Source of the DNA: SAR116 cluster bacterium AG-313-A07 | GTDB lineage: Bacteria > Pseudomonadota > Alphaproteobacteria > Thalassobaculales > Thalassobaculaceae | DNA length: 64,000 nucleotides | Direction: 5' to 3' | Assembly: GCA_003284265.1 (NCBI GenBank) | Contig: QBVV01000005.1 | Location: 500 to 64,499 of the forward strand | Made by a program: the position numbers and the translations under genes | In this document: in pieces, positions 52,460 through 59,950 of the stretch | Position numbering within the stretch: the stretch's first letter is position 1 | Layout: each line of letters starts with the position of its first letter | Notes under the pieces: generated by a model | What the model was told of the DNA's origin: nothing | The model's input: only the letters and a program-made list of their open reading frames with translations | Database searches by the model: none

Positions 52460-53464
52460 CTACGCCTTTAGACCACTTATACGCATTAAGACTTCGGGAA
52501 CGAAATCGTTAACTTCAATGTTTTGGAAACCAGCATTTTTTAAATACCCAGTGCATTCGGTGACCGAATGCGCCATCCCCGTGCTATTATGAAGGGTCTG
52601 GGCCAGTCCCCACATAGCTGGATCAGATGGACCGGACCGGTCTTCATTTAACGCCTCTCCAATGAGATGAAACTCACTATCGGGGAGCAGTACGTTGTAT
52701 ATCTTCTGGATCACCGCTTGGATGGCTTCTCTTCCATACATGGGCAGATTACTGGCCATAATTGCGATATCCGCACCTTTGGGGAAACTATCCTTGTTGA
52801 AATCAGCGTCATAAGTATCAACACGCTCCGATAAATTATTATCTTCAATAAATTCACGGGCTACAGGAGTTACTTCGGGAAGATCGAGCACGGTAGCTCT
52901 TAATTGCGGATATGCTTTACATGCTTCTATACAATATGCGCCGGAGCCTCCGCCCACATCCAGAAGTTTATGGCGGTTTGATAAATCGATACTTTGAACA
53001 AAAAGTCGACCGGCTCCCCTCCCTATGCTGAAGGTTGCACGATGATATCGCCTCGCTTCATCAACGGTGATTCCTTTGACAGTCGCGTTATCTAGCGTTT
53101 CAGGTTCTTTATTAGTAAGAAAATCCGCTAAATGTCCCCATTTCGACCAATCGGGTTGGGTGAAAAACATCCATTCGCCTGCGTAAGTTGCCCTGCCTTT
53201 TATTAGAAATCGTTCGACATCAGGTGCGTTTTTTAGATTATTGTTATCTTTAATTATCAACCCTAAACTAAGACAGGCTACCGTAATTCTTTCGGTGTTT
53301 AATGCGGATATACCCAGTGCTATCGATAATTTCTCCTCAGTATTCGCTCCTTCGCTGATTTTTGAGAATAAGTCCAACTGAACAGCTGCCAGCAACGTGC
53401 CAGACTCTCTATATGCGCGGGCTAACCGCTGAAGTCTGACAGTTGTTGGACGTTCTGAAGGCAA
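52460..53464 (-). CDS. SAM-dependent methyltransferase of the O-methyltransferase family 2 architecture (N-terminal winged-helix/dimerisation domain plus Rossmann domain); substrate unknown
   Basis: 334 aa with SAM motif I (LLDVGGGSGAY) and an acidic motif (VLDLPEV). The length and N-terminal domain are typical of this family. Confidence 0.82.
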   Translation of the reverse strand: MPSERPTTVRLQRLARAYRESGTLLAAVQLDLFSKISEGANTEEKLSIALGISALNTERITVACLSLGLIIKDNNNLKNAPDVERFLIKGRATYAGEWMFFTQPDWSKWGHLADFLTNKEPETLDNATVKGITVDEARRYHRATFSIGRGAGRLFVQSIDLSNRHKLLDVGGGSGAYCIEACKAYPQLRATVLDLPEVTPVAREFIEDNNLSERVDTYDADFNKDSFPKGADIAIMASNLPMYGREAIQAVIQKIYNVLLPDSEFHLIGEALNEDRSGPSDPAMWGLAQTLHNSTGMAHSVTECTGYLKNAGFQNIEVNDFVPEVLMRISGLKA

Positions 53465-53467
53465 TTT

Positions 53468-54241
53468 TTATCTTCCCTTCCAATTTGGTTTTCTTTTTTC
53501 GGAAAACGCCAGCGGACCCTCTATGAGGTCTTCGCTATTCCAGAGCGTTTTCACGCTATCATATTCAGCGGACATCGCATCTTTTACGTCGCTAAATTCC
53601 AATCCGCGTCGGACAACGTCTAAACTTGTTCGAATTGATACCGGGGAACATTCCATTATTTGAGTTGCAAAATCCTTGGCCGCAGATAAAGCTTCACCTT
53701 CTGGTACAAGTTGGGTGACAAAACCTAGATCATATCCCTCTTTTGCGGGCACATGCCTAGCTGTAAGGATCATACCCATTGCACGTTTCAAAGGGATCAT
53801 TCTTGGCAGCCGGTGTAGGCCACCAGCAAGTGCTGCTAGCCCAACTTTAGGCTCAGGGAGTGCGAAGAGAGCATTTTCTGAGGCGATTATTACATCGCAT
53901 GCTAACGCAAGCTCAAAACCACCGCCCATAGCCACCCCATTTACGGCAGCAATCATGGGTTTGCTTCTTTCGAACCGTTCTGTTATGCCACCGAAACCAC
54001 TAGCAGGCTTTTCTCTTGATCCTCCTTCTGCCTGCCACCGGAGGTCATTTCCAGCACTGAAAGCCCGATCGCCTGCTCCGGTCAAGATGCCTACCCAAAG
54101 TTCTGGGTCATTTTCAAACTCATCGAATATCTCGTGTAATTCAAAATGTGCGGGCGAATGTAAAGCATTCATGCGTTCGGGGCGATTGAGTGTTATAGTT
54201 AAAATATGCCCATCTCGGTCGGCATTAAAAAACTCTGGCAT
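53468..54241 (-). CDS. Crotonase-superfamily enoyl-CoA hydratase, CaiD-like (carnitinyl-CoA dehydratase-type C-terminus)
   Basis: 257 aa containing ILTGAGDRAFSAGNDL, AAVNGVAMGGGFELALACD and FALPEPKVGL. The C-terminus (SEDLIEGPLAFSEKRKPNWKGR) closely mirrors the E. coli CaiD C-terminus as I recall it. Confidence 0.85.
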   Translation of the reverse strand: MPEFFNADRDGHILTITLNRPERMNALHSPAHFELHEIFDEFENDPELWVGILTGAGDRAFSAGNDLRWQAEGGSREKPASGFGGITERFERSKPMIAAVNGVAMGGGFELALACDVIIASENALFALPEPKVGLAALAGGLHRLPRMIPLKRAMGMILTARHVPAKEGYDLGFVTQLVPEGEALSAAKDFATQIMECSPVSIRTSLDVVRRGLEFSDVKDAMSAEYDSVKTLWNSEDLIEGPLAFSEKRKPNWKGR

Positions 54242-54268
54242 GGTAGTGTCCTTTCAATTTTTTGTGTT

Positions 54269-55081
54269 TTAATTTGCGGGGATGACCTGTCGTGGTCGAT
54301 AGATTGCCGTGTGGTTTATTTGAGTTAAATATTTGGTGTCGTTTACGATTTTTACATCCATTTCGACGAATAAATGTCCCTTGTTCTCATAGGAATCTTT
54401 AATGGATGTTTGTGTAAATAATGTTTCGCCATAATGAGCAGCACCAAAGTTTTGAATTTTGCTGCCAACATGTATCCAGGGTCCTAATTTTACGTTGGTG
54501 GATAGTGCCTTATTAGCCATCCGAAGTATCCAGCCTGGGTGCACGATCTTCTCATCTTTATAAATCGTTAGGTTTTCTCTTATGTCCGCAAGATATTTTT
54601 TCTGATCTTCCTCTGCCATTACTTGTTGGAATGTTCCAAGCGATTTGCCCTTTTGTAGCGAGTCTGGGGAAGCATCTGGGCGCGTTTCAAAATCGGGACT
54701 GGGAAACGGTATAAAGTCTGCGCGATAGCAAATTTCTCTAGCCTTAGCCATTCCAGCTTTACCTTGAGCACAAAAATTTGTTGGTGTTGTAACTTCTATA
54801 AAAAGCTTGGAGTTATCGTTTTTTACCGCCTTTACCTGGGTTTGTTCTCCATCATAGACGGGCTTCATAAATTTACATTCAGCGTTTCCATTCTCTAGCC
54901 AGCTATCACCAAAATATTGAATAATTGGATTCGTCATATAAGCGTAGACTTCGACCCCAGGAACTAAACCGCCCTGAAAACCAAAACGTTTTGCGACACT
55001 ATCGTCATGAATCTTATTTTCAGAATCTGCTGATATATTAAAAGCGTTTATCGTATGATTAATTGATTCGGCTGTAGTCAT
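54269..55081 (-). CDS. MaoC-like (R)-specific hydratase/dehydratase, double hot-dog
   Basis: 270 aa. The N-terminal half carries the MaoC motif (NKIHDDSVAKRFGFQGGLVPG). The second half is hot-dog-like (IVHPGWILRMAN). Confidence 0.72.
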   Translation of the reverse strand: MTTAESINHTINAFNISADSENKIHDDSVAKRFGFQGGLVPGVEVYAYMTNPIIQYFGDSWLENGNAECKFMKPVYDGEQTQVKAVKNDNSKLFIEVTTPTNFCAQGKAGMAKAREICYRADFIPFPSPDFETRPDASPDSLQKGKSLGTFQQVMAEEDQKKYLADIRENLTIYKDEKIVHPGWILRMANKALSTNVKLGPWIHVGSKIQNFGAAHYGETLFTQTSIKDSYENKGHLFVEMDVKIVNDTKYLTQINHTAIYRPRQVIPAN

Positions 55082-55121
55082 GTTGGTTACCCATTTATGT
55101 TTCCTACCACTTAGCTGTCGA

Positions 55122-55136
55122 TTGGCAAAATGCCAA
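55122..55136. promoter_or_regulatory. Perfect 6-3-6 palindrome TTGGCAaaaTGCCAA in a divergent promoter region (candidate operator)
   Basis: Read directly from the sequence. It lies in the roughly 200-bp AT-rich gap between the MaoC operon and the Zn-ADH gene. A second, imperfect inverted repeat, TAGTTTAcaatTTAACTA, lies at 55208-55225. Confidence 0.3.
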
Positions 55137-55281
55137 GGTGTTCGCGTCCAATACCTCAGATGTGAATAAATTTCGATAAAACGGAAAATTTAGATAATAT
55201 AGTTTTTTAGTTTACAATTTAACTATAAGTGCGTCTTTAAGAAAAAAGATAGTGTTAGTAATTAACATGAGGGGATTTGCA

Positions 55282-56322
55282 ATGAGAGCTGCCGTTTTCC
55301 ATCGATCAGGTTTACCACTATCTATTGAGACTATAGATGATCCACAACCATTGCCGAGTGAGATGATACTAAAGGTATGCGCTTGTGGCATATGCGGAAC
55401 TGATTTGCACTGGTCAGAAATTAATAATGCAGAATCTGGGTGGCGTAATATAAACCCAGGCGCTGTTATGGGCCATGAGTTTTCTGGTGAGGTCGTTGAA
55501 GTTGGAAAAGAGGTAAGCGGGGGATGGAAAGTAGGTGACCGCGTTTGCGCAATGCCTCAAATCGGGTGTGGTATCTGCGCTAATTGCCTGGCTGGTAGAC
55601 CGCATCGTTGTTCAAAAGTTTTAAACAGAGCAAGTCCTGGTCATCCAGGTGCATACTCAGAATATACCCGAATTGGGGCTCAAGAAACCTTCAAACTTCC
55701 AGACAATATAAGTTTTCAAGAAGGAGCTTTGGTTGAACCTTTAGCTGTGGGGTTGCATGCAGTTAGGCGCGCTCTTTTAAAGGCTGGAGATAACGTTCTT
55801 ATCATCGGGGGAGGACCGGTAGGCCTGTCGGTGGCTTTATGGTGTAAGTTTTTTGGAGCGCGGAATATCATTGTGAGTGACTTAGTTAAAACAAGGGCAG
55901 ATCAAGCTGTTAAATTTGGCGCTACTGCGGCTATAGACGCCTCTAAAGAGGACGTCTTAGAGAGTTTTTCTATTGAGGCAGGAAGTCATCCTTCTGTAAT
56001 TTTCGACGCAGTTGGAGTAGCTGGTTCAATGCAATTAGCAATTGACTATGCGCCAAATTATAGTCGTGTGGTGGTAGTGGGACTTTGTATGGTATCTGAC
56101 TCATTCCAACCAGCGATGGCAGTTGTTAAAGAAGTGGATATTTCATTTTGTTTTTGTTACGACCGTAGTGATTTCGAAATGACACTTGATATGCTTGCGC
56201 AAAATAGGATTGATACGAATGGTTTAGTAACTAAAAGTATTAATCTGGAAGATTTTCCTCAAGCCTTTGAAGATTTAAAAAAACCGTCGGATCAAATTAA
56301 AGTAATGCTTGAACCTTTTTAA
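55282..56322 (+). CDS. Zinc-dependent medium-chain alcohol/polyol dehydrogenase (threonine/sorbitol-DH-like)
   Basis: The start at the ATG at 55282 follows AGGGGA. Catalytic Zn contexts are CGICGTDLH and GHEFSGEV. The structural Zn motif is C-x2-C-x2-C-x7-C. The Rossmann motif is GGGPVG. Confidence 0.88.
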   Translation: MRAAVFHRSGLPLSIETIDDPQPLPSEMILKVCACGICGTDLHWSEINNAESGWRNINPGAVMGHEFSGEVVEVGKEVSGGWKVGDRVCAMPQIGCGICANCLAGRPHRCSKVLNRASPGHPGAYSEYTRIGAQETFKLPDNISFQEGALVEPLAVGLHAVRRALLKAGDNVLIIGGGPVGLSVALWCKFFGARNIIVSDLVKTRADQAVKFGATAAIDASKEDVLESFSIEAGSHPSVIFDAVGVAGSMQLAIDYAPNYSRVVVVGLCMVSDSFQPAMAVVKEVDISFCFCYDRSDFEMTLDMLAQNRIDTNGLVTKSINLEDFPQAFEDLKKPSDQIKVMLEPF

Positions 56323-56432
56323 AGTGATGGTATTCAAATCTTTACAAATTACAGCGGTTTTAATCTGAGTAGAATGCAACAAGAAGCACTTTTTGATTAT
56401 GTGATAATACGTTTGTTCGCGGGAAGGTTTGT

Positions 56433-57554
56433 ATGGAGGCTAAATTACAGGAAACAATTGTTTCAAGTTGGAATGAATGGGACCCCTTAAAACATGTGAT
56501 TGTGGGAAAGGCCGATGGATCTTGTATCCCTGCGCCGGAGCCAGCACTAGATGCCAAAGTTCCAGAAGATAGTGACATGAGAGGACAGTTTGGTCCGCGT
56601 CCGCAAGAAATGGTTGATAAAGCAAATGAATTACTAGACCAGTTTGTTGGACAACTCGAAGCTCGAGGTATTCGTGTTGATAGACCCACTCCCATTGACT
56701 TTAATCGGCGGACAAGCACTCCAGATTGGAATGCTGAAACTATGTTTGGCTGTATGCCTCCGAGGGATGTACTCCTTACTGTTGGAAAAGAAATATTAGA
56801 AGCTACTATGTCATATAGGTGCAGATGGTTTGAATATTTATGCTATAGACCATTACTTCAAGAATATTTCCTCAATGATCCAAAAATGCGACATGAAGCC
56901 GCGCCTAAACCTAGGTTGACGGATCAAGATTATAGAGAAGACTATTTGTCAGATAAAATAGGGGTTCAAAAAAGATTAGAATGGACCGCAGATAAATTTT
57001 TTGTCACAACGGAGGAAGAACCCCTATTTGACGCGGCTGATGTCTTACGGTTTGGGAAAGATCTGGTTGTTCAACATGGTTTTACGACGAACCTTAAGGG
57101 GATAGACTGGTTGGCGCGGCATTTCCCGGAGCATCGAGTTCATGCAGTCAATTTTCCGGGAGACCCGTATCCAATCCACATCGATGCAACATTTACACCA
57201 ATAAAACCGGGCCTCATAATGAACAACCCTCAGCGACGCCTTCCTGAGGTCCAGAGGGAAATGTTCACCAAAAACGGATGGGAAATTGTTGATGCAGCCC
57301 AGCCCGCTCACAATTCTCCACCACCACTATGCTACTCCTCTGTGTGGTTGTCTATGAACGTTCTTGTCCTTGATACGAAGACGGTTTGTGTTGAAAAGTC
57401 GGAGATTTATCAGGCAGAGCAGTTAGATAAACTAGGAATGGAAGTCATAGAGGTTGATTTGAGGGACGCTTATGCATTTGGGGGCGGTCTTCATTGCTGC
57501 ACTGCAGATGTGTATCGCGAGGGGACCTGTGAAGATTACTTTCCAATTCAGTAG
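56433..57554 (+). CDS. Amidinotransferase of the glycine amidinotransferase (AGAT/StrB1) family
   Basis: 373 aa with an N-terminal SSWNEWDPLKHVIVG, a central IHIDATFTPIKPG, and a C-terminal catalytic-Cys context GGGLHCCTADV. Confidence 0.85.
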   Translation: MEAKLQETIVSSWNEWDPLKHVIVGKADGSCIPAPEPALDAKVPEDSDMRGQFGPRPQEMVDKANELLDQFVGQLEARGIRVDRPTPIDFNRRTSTPDWNAETMFGCMPPRDVLLTVGKEILEATMSYRCRWFEYLCYRPLLQEYFLNDPKMRHEAAPKPRLTDQDYREDYLSDKIGVQKRLEWTADKFFVTTEEEPLFDAADVLRFGKDLVVQHGFTTNLKGIDWLARHFPEHRVHAVNFPGDPYPIHIDATFTPIKPGLIMNNPQRRLPEVQREMFTKNGWEIVDAAQPAHNSPPPLCYSSVWLSMNVLVLDTKTVCVEKSEIYQAEQLDKLGMEVIEVDLRDAYAFGGGLHCCTADVYREGTCEDYFPIQ

Positions 57555-57562
57555 TCACCTAT

Positions 57563-58156
57563 TTACTCTGTCCATAACATCCACACTGCAAGCAAAGGCG
57601 AATTTCCTGACCTCATAGCGTGCCAAATATTAGGAACGTTGTGCACCGTATCTCCAGGCTTACGATGGAACCAATCGCCGTTTGCTTGTCGCCAATCACC
57701 TTCGCTGATCACCAAATAACCCTCTTCGGGGGGATGTTGATGATTAGGGTATTCTATATTAGGTGCAATAAGGCTTACACCAAACCTTACACTACTGTGT
57801 TCTTCGAGTCCGCCGTGTCCTGTCATGACTGCATTAGCATGCCCCTTGTAGAATGCACTTTTCTTGTCACTCGATCTGTCACTTGGATGCCAGGGCAATT
57901 GTTGGTATAGGCTTTGAAATTTAGCGGATAATTGTTTCAATACTGGACCCTGGTTACTAGCAAGTTTCAAACTTTCTGGAATGTATTTACATACGGGTTG
58001 CAGATTAGAAATATCTTTAGTGATTGGAACTCCCGGTTTTGAAAGAGCCACATGACATCTATCGAAAAACGTTTTAACAGGAGATAAAGGCAGCGTGTCG
58101 ACAACAGCTTTATGCGCTCGTATAAATTCTGAAAGTGCAGTATTTCGTGCTATCAT
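57563..58156 (-). CDS. Cupin protein of the DddQ-like (DMSP-lyase family) type
   Basis: 197 aa. Cupin motif YPNHQHPPEEGYLVISEG, then HNVPNIWHAMRSGNSPLLAVWMLW. This H-x-H-x2-EE-x-Y ... H-A-M ... P-L-L-x-x-W pattern matches DddQ as I recall it. Catalytic activity is not inferable from sequence. Confidence 0.55.
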   Translation of the reverse strand: MIARNTALSEFIRAHKAVVDTLPLSPVKTFFDRCHVALSKPGVPITKDISNLQPVCKYIPESLKLASNQGPVLKQLSAKFQSLYQQLPWHPSDRSSDKKSAFYKGHANAVMTGHGGLEEHSSVRFGVSLIAPNIEYPNHQHPPEEGYLVISEGDWRQANGDWFHRKPGDTVHNVPNIWHAMRSGNSPLLAVWMLWTE

Positions 58157-58215
58157 CCTTCACCTACCCTCTGAATTCGGTTTTTCCTATTCAATTTCAG
58201 GAGCACATTGTGCCA

Positions 58216-58683
58216 TTAGTCTACCCAGTATGACATTAGTATTCGATCATGTGTAAAAAAACCAATGTCTTGATATAGACGCTTTGCTCTTAAATTATGG
58301 GTTTCTACTTCTAAACTGAGTCTTCGTATTCCCATAGATGGGCAGATATCGAGTGCGAACTTTACGGCTGCGCGCCCTATTCCTCTATCTCTATATTTTT
58401 CTTTCACGAAAAGTTCATCTAAAAATCCATCTTTCCCACCAGCTTCAATTGTAAAGCCGATAACTAGCGCAAAATAGCCAGCGATTTCGTTATCCACTTC
58501 TATTATCCAGATCACAACATGTGGATTTTCTGTAAGAGCGATATCCAGAGAAGATTTGATTTTTGATTTTTCGACAGTTTGGTTGTCAAAAATATAATAG
58601 GCAATAATCATCTGTTCCAAAGCATCCCTGTCCCTGGGGCCTGCCTGTCTGAAACGAGGGGTATTTAGTTTACTTTTACTCAC
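58216..58683 (-). CDS. GNAT-family N-acetyltransferase
   Basis: 155 aa with the acetyl-CoA motif RDRGIGRAAV. Transcribed divergently from the PotD-type transporter operon. Confidence 0.8.
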   Translation of the reverse strand: MSKSKLNTPRFRQAGPRDRDALEQMIIAYYIFDNQTVEKSKIKSSLDIALTENPHVVIWIIEVDNEIAGYFALVIGFTIEAGGKDGFLDELFVKEKYRDRGIGRAAVKFALDICPSMGIRRLSLEVETHNLRAKRLYQDIGFFTHDRILMSYWVD

Positions 58684-58838
58684 TTTGTTTCAAAGCCATT
58701 GTTTAGGTTTCTTATTTTATTATCAAAAAAAGGTTAAAACGGACCTTAATTAATCTATAAACATATTTCTATTAATAATAAACGGAGCCTATTAAAGGCA
58801 GCAGTTATCACCTTGCTATAAATTTGAGGAGGCATGGA

Positions 58839-59915
58839 ATGAAGTTATTTCCTGGGGGGCAACTATCTAGGAGGCAATTTTTGGCGGGAACAGGAGCCGC
58901 TGCGGCGGGTCTTTCGTTGATCCCGTCAAGTACATGGTCTTATGAAGCGGCCAAGTTGAATTTTTATAATTGGGATACGTATATTGGTGAAACCACTTTA
59001 AAAGATTTCACAGAGGTAAGTGGTATAAATGTAAAAATGGATTTATTTTCTGAGAATGATGAGCTTTTTGCGAAATTAAAAGCTGGTAATCCGGGATATG
59101 ATCTAATCGTTCCTTCAGGCGATTATGTGGAACGTATGATACTAGCTGATATGCTGATGCCATTAGATACTGCTGCTATTCCTAACAGATCTAATATTCA
59201 GGTTTCGTTTTTGGATGTATCATTTGATCCTGGCCGTAAATTTTCTTTGCCTTATATGTGGGGTACTATGGGCGTTGGGTATAGGAAGTCTAAGATGGAT
59301 GGTATTCCCGATAGCTGGGAGTGGCTTTTTGATTCGGATCGCCATAAAGGAAAATGCGCACTTTTAAGCGAAGCTAGTGATGTTTTTGGCGCAGTATTTA
59401 AATACATGGGTTACTCTGTAAATACTAGGGACCCAAAAATTATAAAAGATGCAGAAAAACTGCTTATAAACCAGAAGCCGAATATAAAGGTTTTTGCACC
59501 AGATAATGGTCAAGACCTATTATTATCAGGCGAGGTGGATATCACTATGGAGTGGAATGGCGACATATTACAAGCAATGGAAGAAGACCCAGATATATCT
59601 TATGTTGTCCCAAAGGAAGGATCTATTGTCTGGGAAGATGCGTTAGCAATTCCCAGGGGGGCTCCTCATCCTAGAAATGCCCATCGTTTTATTAACTTTC
59701 TCCTCGAGGCTGAAGCGGGAGCCAAGATCGCCGAGTTTATTCAATACGCAACCCCTAATATGGCAGCAAAACAGCTGATGCCAGACAGTTATATAAATAA
59801 CCCGGCCATTTACCCTTCAGAGGAAACGTTATCATCGTGTGAATCGACGGTTTATTTAGGGGCGGATGTAGTCCGACTATATCAAGAAGCTTGGAGTAGG
59901 GTCTTGGCCGCGTAA
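58839..59915 (+). CDS. ABC transporter substrate-binding protein, PotD/PotF (polyamine) family, with twin-arginine-like signal
   Basis: The ATG at 58839 lies 6 nt after GAGGAGG; the track TTG is at 58824. The signal is LSRRQFLAGTGAAAAGL. The PotD-like core reads LNFYNWDTYIGE...GYDLIVPSGDYV. Confidence 0.85.
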   Translation: MKLFPGGQLSRRQFLAGTGAAAAGLSLIPSSTWSYEAAKLNFYNWDTYIGETTLKDFTEVSGINVKMDLFSENDELFAKLKAGNPGYDLIVPSGDYVERMILADMLMPLDTAAIPNRSNIQVSFLDVSFDPGRKFSLPYMWGTMGVGYRKSKMDGIPDSWEWLFDSDRHKGKCALLSEASDVFGAVFKYMGYSVNTRDPKIIKDAEKLLINQKPNIKVFAPDNGQDLLLSGEVDITMEWNGDILQAMEEDPDISYVVPKEGSIVWEDALAIPRGAPHPRNAHRFINFLLEAEAGAKIAEFIQYATPNMAAKQLMPDSYINNPAIYPSEETLSSCESTVYLGADVVRLYQEAWSRVLAA

Positions 59916-59950
59916 TTATCGAGGAGTAAACCCAAACAAAGTAGTGAATA

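Noticed and set aside
55122-55136. TTGGCA...TGCCAA read as a sigma54 (-24/-12) promoter
   Set aside because: Sigma54 promoters need GG and GC separated by about 10 nt (TGGCAC-N5-TTGC). Here the GG and GC are separated by only 6 nt, and the element is a symmetric dyad, so an operator is more plausible.
58839-58940. The twin-arginine-like signal (SRRQFLAG) on the PotD-family binding protein as something unusual
   Set aside because: Tat-type signals on solute-binding proteins seem fairly common in alphaproteobacteria as far as I recall. It is noted in the feature entry but not treated as a finding.
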